DNA from: Promethearchaeia archaeon
GTDB taxonomy: Archaea; Asgardarchaeota; Lokiarchaeia; Sigyniarchaeales; SOKP01
Direction: 5' to 3'
Assembly: GCA_046497275.1 (NCBI GenBank)
Contig: JAWOFX010000130.1
Location: forward strand, 1 to 32,000
DNA: 32,000 bases
This document shows positions 8,119 to 16,779 of this stretch, piece after piece. Position numbers and translations under genes: made by a program. The first letter of the stretch is position 1. The number at the start of each line of letters is the position of its first letter. The notes under the pieces are model-generated. The model ran no database searches. It was not told where the DNA came from and worked only from the letters and a program-made list of their open reading frames with translations.

Positions 8119-9267
8119 TTGGAAGATGAAATTTTAGCATGTATTAAAGAAAAAGATATTAAATATTTGCATTCAGGACAGATTGCTAAACATGTCTTCC
8201 CAGTTGAGAGAAAAGAAGCTCATAATAAGGGAATCCCTCATTTAATTGTCAGAATTTTTATTATTAAGAGAAAAGATAAAAATGATATTGACTTCCTTGT
8301 TCAAAAAAGAAGTACAAATAAAAAAACGTATCCTGGTTATTTTACAGATTCTGCCAGTGGTCATATTGTCTATGAAAAAGGATTAGATCTCTCAAGTATC
8401 AAAGAAAATGCTTATCGTGAGTTAGAAGAGGAAGTTGGAATAAAAGAAAAAGATCTCAAGAAATTAATTTTTTATGACTTTAAATCTGAAAAAGATGAAC
8501 TCTCACGAGAAGTTGCATATATTTTTTTAGGTGTAACAAAAGAAAACGTCGATTTAAAATTAAATCAAGAGGAATTAGAAACCGATTCGACTAAGTTCTA
8601 TTCCCGCTCAGAATTAGAAAATATTATTAATAATAAGGATCTAGTTGATCATTCCAAAGAGGTATGGAAAGAATTATTATCTTCTGATTTGAGTTCCATC
8701 ATTAATGAACAAACAAAATCAACGAATGAAACTGATAATAGTATAGCTCTTTTTATTGGTAGATTCCAACCTCTTCATCATGGTCATATTCATGTGTTAT
8801 ATAGGATTTTTGAAACATATGATTATGTGAAAATAGCAATTGGGAGTTCTCAAATATCACATACAAAAGAAAATCCATTTACTAAAGAGGAAAGAAAAAA
8901 GTTTATTGAAGGTGCTTTAAAAAAGAGGGAAATAAGGAAAGAAAATTACCACATTTATTATATTCCGGACATTTTTAATGCGAAAAAATGGGTCGAACAT
9001 GTCGTTTCTATTGTGGGTGATTTTGATAAAGTAGTATCGAATAGTGATTGGGTACGAGAATTATTCAAAAATGAAAATTATAAGCTCTCTAAAAAAATAA
9101 CTCTCTTTAAAAATAAATATAATGGTACACATATAAGAGAATTAATAGCTGAGGGAAATGAAAAATATAGATTGCTCGTACCAAATGAAGTGTTAAATAT
9201 TATGAAAGATTGTAATGGTTTTGAACGAATTCAAAAATTATATGAAGAAGAGGATAATTATGAATGA
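8119..9267 (+). CDS. Fusion of an N-terminal Nudix (IDI-like) domain and a C-terminal NMN adenylyltransferase (NadM-like) domain
   Basis: AHNKGIPH..LVQKRS..KKTYPG..SASGH..AYRELEEEVGI (Nudix box); then FIGRFQPLHHGH, IAIGSSQ..NPFT..ER, YNGTHIRELI..LLVP (NMNAT). Confidence 0.88.
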   Translation: MEDEILACIKEKDIKYLHSGQIAKHVFPVERKEAHNKGIPHLIVRIFIIKRKDKNDIDFLVQKRSTNKKTYPGYFTDSASGHIVYEKGLDLSSIKENAYRELEEEVGIKEKDLKKLIFYDFKSEKDELSREVAYIFLGVTKENVDLKLNQEELETDSTKFYSRSELENIINNKDLVDHSKEVWKELLSSDLSSIINEQTKSTNETDNSIALFIGRFQPLHHGHIHVLYRIFETYDYVKIAIGSSQISHTKENPFTKEERKKFIEGALKKREIRKENYHIYYIPDIFNAKKWVEHVVSIVGDFDKVVSNSDWVRELFKNENYKLSKKITLFKNKYNGTHIRELIAEGNEKYRLLVPNEVLNIMKDCNGFERIQKLYEEEDNYE

Positions 9268-10339
9268 GAAAAAAGAAAAATTATCCATCGATGGTTCTTT
9301 TGGCGAAGGAGGAGGCTCTATTTTACGCTTGAGTGTTGGATTCTCAATATTATTCAATCAGCCTATTAGAATTTATAATATAAGGGCAAATCGATCAAAA
9401 CCGGGTTTACGATTACAACATCTACTAGGATTAAAAACTTTAGCTAATTTAACTGATAGTGATCTTAGTAAGTGTTCAGTAGGAACACAAGAGATAACCT
9501 TTAAACCTAATACTAAACATTTAAAAGAAAAAATTAAAGTTGATATTGGAACTGCTGCAAGCGTTGGATTATTATTACAACCTATACAAATTGCATGCTT
9601 GAAATTCTCTGAACCATCAGAGATTATCATTGATCTTAATGGTGGTGGTACGTTGGGAAAATGGGCACCCGGACTTCATTATTTAAATAATGTAACCTAT
9701 CAAATATTTAGAAATTCAGGATATGATATAGATTTAGAAATTCACAAATATGGCTTTTTTCCTAAAGGTGGAGCTATAACCCGTTGTAAAATCCATCCCC
9801 CTCAAAATGAATTGAAAGCAATTAAAATTACAGAATTAGGTAATATTAATCTCATTGAGGGAAAAATAGTTTGTACAAATAATCTCTCCAAAGCAAAGGT
9901 TTCAGAGAGAATCAAATCATCTGCGGAGGAAACAATTGCTCAGGAATTAACCGATAAAACTGATATAAGATATCAATATGTAGACGCATTAAGTACAGGA
10001 GTAGGGCTTTCATTATGGGCAGAGTCTGATACGGGCGCAATAATTTCATCTGGAACAATAATAGGGGAGAAAAATATATCTTCAGAAAAAGTGGGAAGAA
10101 TGGCAGCAGATGAAATTATTACATATATTAAAAATAAAATTCCTGTGGATAAATATCTAAGCGATCAACTTATCCCTTTGATGGCTTATATCAACCAATC
10201 CTCCAGGATCAAAGTCTTAGAAATAACAAGCCATGCGAAAACAAATCTAGAACTACTAAAATTATTTACAAATAGAGAATATCACATTGAAAAAAAAGAA
10301 AATTATGCATTAATCGAATATGAAGAGATAAATCAATAA
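9260..10339 (+). CDS. rtcA: RNA 3'-terminal phosphate cyclase
   Basis: IDGSFGEGGGSILR, IRANRSKPGLRLQHL, LNGGT, GFFPKGG, VDKYLSDQLIP, HAKTN. ATG 9260 overlaps the upstream stop codon. Confidence 0.93.
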   Translation: MNEKKEKLSIDGSFGEGGGSILRLSVGFSILFNQPIRIYNIRANRSKPGLRLQHLLGLKTLANLTDSDLSKCSVGTQEITFKPNTKHLKEKIKVDIGTAASVGLLLQPIQIACLKFSEPSEIIIDLNGGGTLGKWAPGLHYLNNVTYQIFRNSGYDIDLEIHKYGFFPKGGAITRCKIHPPQNELKAIKITELGNINLIEGKIVCTNNLSKAKVSERIKSSAEETIAQELTDKTDIRYQYVDALSTGVGLSLWAESDTGAIISSGTIIGEKNISSEKVGRMAADEIITYIKNKIPVDKYLSDQLIPLMAYINQSSRIKVLEITSHAKTNLELLKLFTNREYHIEKKENYALIEYEEINQ

Positions 10340-10437
10340 TTATATTTACTATTGTTCTCAGAAAATAGTAATGAACAAGAAAAATTTTTATTTGTAAATT
10401 TTATGTTAATTATAAAAAGTTTTTAGTTTTTGAAAAT

Positions 10438-11373
10438 ATGTCAATCTCAACCGCTATTCAAAGGTGCCCACGCTGTGGGAACGAGAATCGTTCGGACTCC
10501 TATGCATGTAGTTTTTGCGGTAAAAGACTAAGAATTGAACAAATTGAGAAAATTCCCTTATTGAACCGGATTGAAGAAGAATGGACAAATCCTTATCCAA
10601 TTTATATAAAACTATTATATCTTCTGATAAATCCCGCAAGAGCTTTCTGGGATATAAATCATCTTCGGAAAAAAAGCCCCGGATACCTTATCTTATTATT
10701 TAACTCTTTAGTATCTGGATTAATAGGTTGGGCATTTATTTTTCATTTTAAATTTCTCTCTATTGGTGGAGTCTCTCCTGCCCCTCCCCTTTGGGTTTTC
10801 GTGTATAAATTAAGTTTTTTCTTAGCATATTTTCTATTTGCTTTTCTCTCTCAATTTTTATTTTATAAATTTTTGATATGGATATATACAAAGGGAGCAA
10901 ATTATTCTGTTGGATTTACTGAGAGAATAGAAGCGAGATTTGAAAGCGCTTCTACAGAGGCTTCTAGTTATAAGGAAAGAGAACTCAGTCCATTTAGTAT
11001 ATACAAAGGTGGTACTCTCTTACAAAAACAAGAGGCATATAAATCAAAAATGATGATGTGTGCTTTCTTTCCATATTTTATCATCAATCTTATTAAGTTC
11101 TTTATCGTATTAATCGGATTTCCTACAATTTATGTTGATGCAAGTGGTCCTATAGATCCCTTAATTTTTACTACGATGGTTAATTCCCCTATTTGGATCC
11201 CCCTCTATATTTTAGATGGGATTACTTTAGCAGTTTGGATTCCAATACTTGTTACAATCGCAATTAGAGAATTATCTAACTCATCAACAATTCGAGTACT
11301 GATTCCATCATATATTATTAGTATCTTAGTAGCTGTATTTTTCTTTTTTATAAGACCTGTATTTATTCCTTAA
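10438..11373 (+). CDS. Zinc-ribbon plus Yip1-like multi-pass membrane protein
   Basis: N-terminal CPRCG..CSFCG; LLINPARAFWDI (Yip1-type P..F motif); about five hydrophobic helices with a polar loop. Confidence 0.7.
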   Translation: MSISTAIQRCPRCGNENRSDSYACSFCGKRLRIEQIEKIPLLNRIEEEWTNPYPIYIKLLYLLINPARAFWDINHLRKKSPGYLILLFNSLVSGLIGWAFIFHFKFLSIGGVSPAPPLWVFVYKLSFFLAYFLFAFLSQFLFYKFLIWIYTKGANYSVGFTERIEARFESASTEASSYKERELSPFSIYKGGTLLQKQEAYKSKMMMCAFFPYFIINLIKFFIVLIGFPTIYVDASGPIDPLIFTTMVNSPIWIPLYILDGITLAVWIPILVTIAIRELSNSSTIRVLIPSYIISILVAVFFFFIRPVFIP

Positions 11374-11435
11374 CTTTATTAGGTTAGAAATCCACATTTA
11401 TTGCAGCATTAATTAAATTTTAAAAGATTTTATTA

Positions 11436-12080
11436 ATGAAGTATCGGGAGAAATCAGTATCGCAACTAGAATCAGAATTATTCGCTAATATTAGTATTAT
11501 TAATAAAATCTATGTTAGATATCAGAAAGGGCAATTAAATTCTGATTTTTTCCAAAAATCTTTTAAAAACGCTGTATACGAATTATTAAAAATAAAAATT
11601 GCTTTAAAAGAAAAAAACATCCTTCTTTCTAATTTAATTAAGGATAATAATTATATGGAGGAATATAATCAAGCAATGCTAGTCGTCGACAGAGTTTCAG
11701 AATTAAATCTAGCAAAAACATCATATAAATCAGGTTTGGATGTAGATAATCGATATTCACAAATACTTAAGAATTCTCTTTTACATTTACCTGGATTAAC
11801 TTCTGAAATTACAAGCTTGTTTATAACCCTAATGGATGCCATAAAATTAGAAATTTCAGTAGGGGGATCTTATATTTTGAATTTATTCCAAGAATTAATA
11901 AAGCAAACTAGAACTTTCCCTGGTCTTAAAAATCTTTCTCAGAAAATAACTAAAATTTATAATCATGTGAAAAAAAACTTGGAAACCTTAAAAAAAAATC
12001 AAGATTATCAAGAAAAAGTAGTCAATCATTTATATGAGATTTTTCAAGAATTCCAACATCTCATCAGTCTAAAAATATAA
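11436..12080 (+). CDS. vps28: Vps28-like protein (ESCRT-I subunit homolog)
   Basis: ESELFANISIINKIYVRY resembles Vps28 N-terminal AELFAVVKTMQALEKAY. SLFITLMDAIKLE resembles SLFITVMDKLRLE of the Vps28 C-terminal bundle. FPG and a terminal YEIFQEF helix also fit, as does the length (214 aa). Compared from memory. Confidence 0.75.
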   Translation: MKYREKSVSQLESELFANISIINKIYVRYQKGQLNSDFFQKSFKNAVYELLKIKIALKEKNILLSNLIKDNNYMEEYNQAMLVVDRVSELNLAKTSYKSGLDVDNRYSQILKNSLLHLPGLTSEITSLFITLMDAIKLEISVGGSYILNLFQELIKQTRTFPGLKNLSQKITKIYNHVKKNLETLKKNQDYQEKVVNHLYEIFQEFQHLISLKI

Positions 12081-12150
12081 AGAAAACAAAAAAATTAATT
12101 AACTTTCTATTATTCTAAAACTTATAATATTAATTGAAAGGACGATTAAA

Positions 12151-12420
12151 ATGCCACGACCTGGTTTAAGATCTAAAAGTCAGAAGCGGAAAGAAGTCAG
12201 AACGCCGGGAAATAAAAATAAGAAGCATTATTGGAGAAAAACACCAAGTAGAGCCGTATGTGCCATATGTAAAAAACCTTTACAATCAATTCCACGAGAA
12301 CGACCTTCAAAAATGAAAAAGACAGATAAAACCGAAAGACGACCTACTCGATTGGAAAGTGGCCGTTATTGTGCAAAATGTTTACAAAAATTAATACAAG
12401 AACAAGTTAGACAATCTTAA
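12151..12420 (+). CDS. rpl34e: Ribosomal protein L34e (eL34)
   Basis: MPRPGLRS..VRTPG..HY..CAICKKPL..ERRPTR..GRYCAKCL. Confidence 0.95.
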   Translation: MPRPGLRSKSQKRKEVRTPGNKNKKHYWRKTPSRAVCAICKKPLQSIPRERPSKMKKTDKTERRPTRLESGRYCAKCLQKLIQEQVRQS

Positions 12421-12538
12421 ATTATTATTTTGTTTTCATACTTAAATTTTATTTCTGTATTAAATTTACATCACGAATAAAAAAATAATTATTATATCTG
12501 AGATTCTTTATTTTTAATAATCTATTAAAACCTTATTT

Positions 12539-13084
12539 ATGATTATTTGCATTAGCGGATTTCATGGAACTGGAAAAACCACTGTGGGAAAAAAGGTTGC
12601 TCAGCGACTCAATCTAGATTATTATTCCACTGGACAAGCCTTTAGAGACCTCGCTAAAGAATATGAAATGAATTTAAAAGATTTTTCCAAATATGTCGAA
12701 GATAATCCAGATATTGATAAAAAATTGGATCATAAGGTTATTCAAATGGCTCAGAGGAAAGATGACATAGTCCTTGAGAGTCTTCTTAGCGGATATATTC
12801 TTCAGGGTAAATCAGATTGCTCAATTCTTCTCAAAGCCCCTCTTGAGATAAGAGTAAAACGGATGGTCGAAAGAGATAATTCTGATTTTAAAGAAAAACT
12901 CAAAGAAACAAAAATTAGAGAAAAATCTGAGATTCAACGATTTATCGATTTATATAATATAGATCTGACCGATAGAGAATTGAGATCAGATGTTTTTGAT
13001 TTAATTATCGACACTGGAAATTTATCTGTAGAAGAAGTTGTAGAGAAAATCATCGAATATTTAGAGAAGCAAAAGATTATATAA
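12539..13084 (+). CDS. cmk: Cytidylate kinase, archaeal type
   Basis: IICISGFHGTGKTT, STGQAFR, DIDKKLD, RF..LYNID..DLIIDT; usual position after rpl34e. Confidence 0.93.
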   Translation: MIICISGFHGTGKTTVGKKVAQRLNLDYYSTGQAFRDLAKEYEMNLKDFSKYVEDNPDIDKKLDHKVIQMAQRKDDIVLESLLSGYILQGKSDCSILLKAPLEIRVKRMVERDNSDFKEKLKETKIREKSEIQRFIDLYNIDLTDRELRSDVFDLIIDTGNLSVEEVVEKIIEYLEKQKII

Positions 13085-13147
13085 ATAGATAAATTTCATA
13101 GAAGCAATCACTCTTTCTATTAGTAAATTGTAAAAAAAAGAACCATT

Positions 13148-14041
13148 TTATATATGTTTTTTAATAAAGCTCGCGATCTTTTCTATCGCTTCTTTAGGTT
13201 CCTGAGCAAACTGTGCAAATGCTGCAAATACATGTACCATGTCTTTCCAAATGTCTAATTCTACCTCAACATTAGCTTCTTTTAATTTTTGGGCAATTCT
13301 TTTCGAATCATCTAATAAAATTTCTGATGTACCAACTTGAATATATATCGGAGGAAGTCCATGAAGATCGCCGAATAAAGGGGAAACTAACGGGTTTTTA
13401 GGGTCTACATCTCCTAAATAATTATCTAAAACAAGCTGCCCTAATTCAGGAGTAAGAAAAGGATCAACTTCCGCTTTTGTTGTATATGACTCACCAGAAC
13501 CAGTCATATCAGTCGCGGGCGAAAGGCAAAAAGCGGCTGCGGGGAGCGGTATTTTTAGGTCTCTAAGTTTAATTAAAACTGAAAGTGTTAGCGTTCCACC
13601 AGCAGAATCTCCTCCAATTATTATATTGTTTGGTTTATAACCTTTTTCAGACATAAGCCATTTATATGTGTCGAAACAATCATTTAATCCCGCAGGGAAT
13701 GGATGTTCGGGCGCCAGTCGATAATTTATTGCCAAAACCTTTATTTCTGCTGCTCGAGAGATTCTGGAAATTAAATCTCTATGTGTGTCAATAGAACCCG
13801 CTACAAATGCTCCTCCATGCAAATATAATAAAACTTTGTTCTCAATAACATCTGGAGCTATTATCCATTCTCCTTCTACATTATTTATTTTAACCGGCTC
13901 AAATATAATATCTTCTGGAATTTTACTCATTGCGGCCAATTGATCTAATCCCCGTCTTGTTGATTCAACGCTAGTCTCCTCAGTCATACTTTGAAATTGT
14001 TTTAATAATCCAATCACTCTTTCCATTCCTTTACTAACCAT
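13148..14041 (-). CDS. Alpha/beta hydrolase, HSL-family esterase/lipase
   Basis: LYLHGGAF, NYRLAPEHPFPA, GGDSAGG (catalytic Ser), EILLDD (Asp), MVHVF (His). Confidence 0.95.
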   Translation of the reverse strand: MVSKGMERVIGLLKQFQSMTEETSVESTRRGLDQLAAMSKIPEDIIFEPVKINNVEGEWIIAPDVIENKVLLYLHGGAFVAGSIDTHRDLISRISRAAEIKVLAINYRLAPEHPFPAGLNDCFDTYKWLMSEKGYKPNNIIIGGDSAGGTLTLSVLIKLRDLKIPLPAAAFCLSPATDMTGSGESYTTKAEVDPFLTPELGQLVLDNYLGDVDPKNPLVSPLFGDLHGLPPIYIQVGTSEILLDDSKRIAQKLKEANVEVELDIWKDMVHVFAAFAQFAQEPKEAIEKIASFIKKHI

Positions 14042-14244
14042 ACGCTCACCTTAATCTATTTTTTTCAATATTATTTTTTTAGAATATAAATTAATCTCAC
14101 TAAAGATAAATCTTTCCTACATTTTAACAAATTACAAAAATACAAAATTTTATCAAAAATAGAAAATTTCTAATTTTAATATAATAACGTTATCAGACTG
14201 GTGAAAACAAGTTTGATAACAGAATAAAAAAATTTGGTGACAAA

Positions 14245-14523
14245 TTGGATATGAGTGTTTATGATATTGGACGCGTCTGTGTGAAAACATTGGGACGTGA
14301 GGCTGCAAAGCATTGCGTAATTGTTGATATAATTGACAAAAATTATCTTCTTATTGATGGTACTAAAGTGAAACGTAGAAGAGTGAACTATAAACATATT
14401 GAACCTCTTGATGAGGTTATAGAACTCAAAAAAGGAGCAAAACATGATGATGTAATAGCTGCCATAAAGAAAGCTAAATTAGAAGATTTATTCAATAGCA
14501 CAGTTGAGATCCCTATAAAATAA
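14245..14523 (+). CDS. rpl14e: Ribosomal protein L14e (eL14); start may be ATG 14251
   Basis: IGRVCVKTLGREA..CVIVDIIDKNYLLIDG..VKRRRVNYKHIEP. Confidence 0.95.
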   Translation: MDMSVYDIGRVCVKTLGREAAKHCVIVDIIDKNYLLIDGTKVKRRRVNYKHIEPLDEVIELKKGAKHDDVIAAIKKAKLEDLFNSTVEIPIK

Positions 14524-14544
14524 AATATTAGAGTACATAATCAA

Positions 14545-14561
14545 AATAGAAGATTTAAATA
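14545..14561 (+). promoter_or_regulatory. BRE/TATA promoter of tRNA-Ser
   Basis: Purine-rich AATAGAAGA followed by TTTAAATA (14554-14561), starting 23 nt before the mature tRNA 5' end. Confidence 0.55.
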
Positions 14562-14576
14562 CTTTTCTTATTTAGT

Positions 14577-14679
14577 GCAGCGGTCGCTTAGCCTGGTAGA
14601 GCGCTGGCTTGGAGATAGGATAACCTACCATAAAGCCAGTGCGTTTTAACGTGCGGGGGTTCGAATCCCTCCCGCTGCG
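14577..14679 (+). tRNA. tRNA-Ser (anticodon GGA) with a canonical 19-nt intron (14615-14633)
   Basis: Acceptor GCAGCGG/CCGCTGC plus G73; anticodon stem CTGGC/GCCAG with GGA at 14611-14613; long variable arm; GGGGG TTCGAAT CCCTC T-arm; BHB with TAGG/CCTA; T-rich tract downstream. Confidence 0.95.
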
Positions 14680-14909
14680 CTTTTGATTTCTTTTTTTATT
14701 GAATTTTTTATTCTCTTTTTAACTTCAATAGTTTAATCTATAATTAAAAAAGATCGTGAAAGGTCAATTTAAAGATCTTACAAACATATCCAAAGGCATA
14801 TCAGAATAATATTTCAACGATAATTTCTAACTTTTATTTTAAAAGCAGTAAATATAATTTACTTGTTTAATTTTCAAAAAAAGGAAAAAATACAATTTAG
14901 GGTGAAAGA

Positions 14910-15269
14910 ATGCGAATAATTGGTATACCAAGTGATGGTCCAGAATTAAATGATAAAATCTCAGATCATTTTGGGCACTGTAATTATTTTGTGGGAGTTA
15001 AAATTGACGACGAGATGAATATTATAAAGGAATTTGCCTTCAAAAACGACGGTCATTCGAGCTGTATGGAACCTGTCCTTAATATGAGAGATAAGCAGGT
15101 TTCCGATATGATAGTTGGTGGAATTGGAGGACGCCCATATATGGGATTTCTTCAAGTTGGCATCAATTTATATCAAGGAATAGAGGGTAATTTAAAAGAG
15201 AATGTTATGCAGTTGATTAATAAAAATTTGAAACCCTTGGGAGAACCCAGCTGCTCCGGAACGAACTAA
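14910..15269 (+). CDS. NifB/NifX family (dinitrogenase Fe-Mo cofactor-binding-like) protein
   Basis: ISDHFGHCNYF, VSDMIVGGIGGRP, GINLY, C-terminal SCSG. Confidence 0.88.
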   Translation: MRIIGIPSDGPELNDKISDHFGHCNYFVGVKIDDEMNIIKEFAFKNDGHSSCMEPVLNMRDKQVSDMIVGGIGGRPYMGFLQVGINLYQGIEGNLKENVMQLINKNLKPLGEPSCSGTN

Positions 15270-15416
15270 ACACACAAAAACTAATTCCTATAATTAAATC
15301 CTTTAGGTTTTTTCAACATTTTTATTTATTGAATAGGGTAGGGCATTAGTATTTTTCTTTTTAATTTATTCACTTTTATTCTTTTCCCTTAAATATCCCT
15401 ATGTAAAATACTTTAT

Positions 15417-15773
15417 ATGAAAACATTTACGCAAACTTTAGAACCAAACCTTAAATGTGGTATTTGTGGAAATGAAATTATTGATCGAAAATCTTCGTAT
15501 CACTCAAAATTTATTCCTTGCTCCGCTTGTGAAAGATGTAGATCAATATTCTCCAAAAAGGATATTGAAATCATGCTTAATATGTTTCTTGCCTATGGAG
15601 GATATTTCGGGCAACTGTCTGAGAAAAATTTCTCGCTTGAATCATACTTGGAAAAAATAGGAATTAAACAAAATTTAAAAACCGAACAAACTGAAGAATT
15701 AAAAGTATTGATTTTACACAACTTATTATTGCATGGAATTACACTACAAAAATACTTCCATCTTATTAAATGA
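15417..15773 (+). CDS. Hypothetical Cys-rich, putative zinc-binding protein
   Basis: CGICG..CSACERC followed by a helical domain. Confidence 0.65.
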   Translation: MKTFTQTLEPNLKCGICGNEIIDRKSSYHSKFIPCSACERCRSIFSKKDIEIMLNMFLAYGGYFGQLSEKNFSLESYLEKIGIKQNLKTEQTEELKVLILHNLLLHGITLQKYFHLIK

Positions 15774-15864
15774 ATAAGCTTACTAATTATTACTAATCTC
15801 TCTATACCAAATCTAAATATACCAGAAAAAAATAATTATATAATAGCAATAAATAAGTTATTAA

Positions 15865-16533
15865 TTAAACATCTGGGAATTCCAGAGCTTTCGCCTTGCT
15901 TCCTCCCATCATCTGCTCCATCCCTCCCGAGGATTGTGTTTGCAACCCTAAGAGTCTCTGAACTAGTGTATTTATGCCTAGACTGCATAAAAAATACCAG
16001 GCGGTAAAATTAATCCATCCAGCTTCTAATCCTATTGCTCTTACAGTTCCATAAAAAAGGTACGTCCAATCTTCTACATCACAAGATGATCGGACAATCC
16101 CTCCTATTAACGGTATATCGTTCGCATTCATTGCTGTTAACGCAACAGGTCCATTCCCGAATAATCCTCGGATTACAGCAAATAAGATAATCATTGGCAA
16201 AAACGTAATGCATGTAGGCTTAAGTCGTTGCATTGACATACTTTGTTGTGTTTTTTTAAGCATTTCATCCTTTCTTTCCCATCGCTTTCTTAGTTTCAAA
16301 TATCTATTAGGATCTACTTCAGCTATATCTATAATCTTTTCTTTTTTCTCTTCATGAGCTTTAATTTGTCGCTGTTTGCGTTCTAATTCATCAGTATCTA
16401 CGAGCCATTTTGTGAGTCCAGCACTTACGAGTGCGATGGTGGCTGCAATTAGTAATATAATAAACATAGATCCAGGCGGATCTAATAACCAATTTATATC
16501 CAAAGTTTGTTGGATATTAATGAATAAAATCAT
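15865..16533 (-). CDS. EMC3/TMCO1 family (DUF106, Oxa1 superfamily) membrane insertase
   Basis: TM1, cytosolic coiled coil, Q..MSMQRLKP..ITFLPMI, and AWYFLCS; follows secY as in many archaea. Confidence 0.9.
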   Translation of the reverse strand: MILFINIQQTLDINWLLDPPGSMFIILLIAATIALVSAGLTKWLVDTDELERKQRQIKAHEEKKEKIIDIAEVDPNRYLKLRKRWERKDEMLKKTQQSMSMQRLKPTCITFLPMIILFAVIRGLFGNGPVALTAMNANDIPLIGGIVRSSCDVEDWTYLFYGTVRAIGLEAGWINFTAWYFLCSLGINTLVQRLLGLQTQSSGGMEQMMGGSKAKALEFPDV

Positions 16534-16779
16534 ATCTCTACTTTAATTAGATTAGCATTAATTTAAAAATTTACTTTTACTGAGGTTTATTGAACTTTCA
16601 ATAATTTTGGATTTATTCTCTTATCCAAAATAAATAAAAATAATCAATTTCTGGAATTTTAATCTATTTATATTATAAATTGTAAAAGGATATTTTCATG
16701 AATCATCTGTTTTGTCTTATTAGGAAAACTGTCTTCCATTCAGAATTTTAAATGAAAATCGTGTGAATTAAATTTTTAA

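Noticed and set aside
16534-16779. adk pseudogene remnant between secY and the EMC3-like gene
   Set aside because: AT-rich spacer with no kinase motif in the frames I read.
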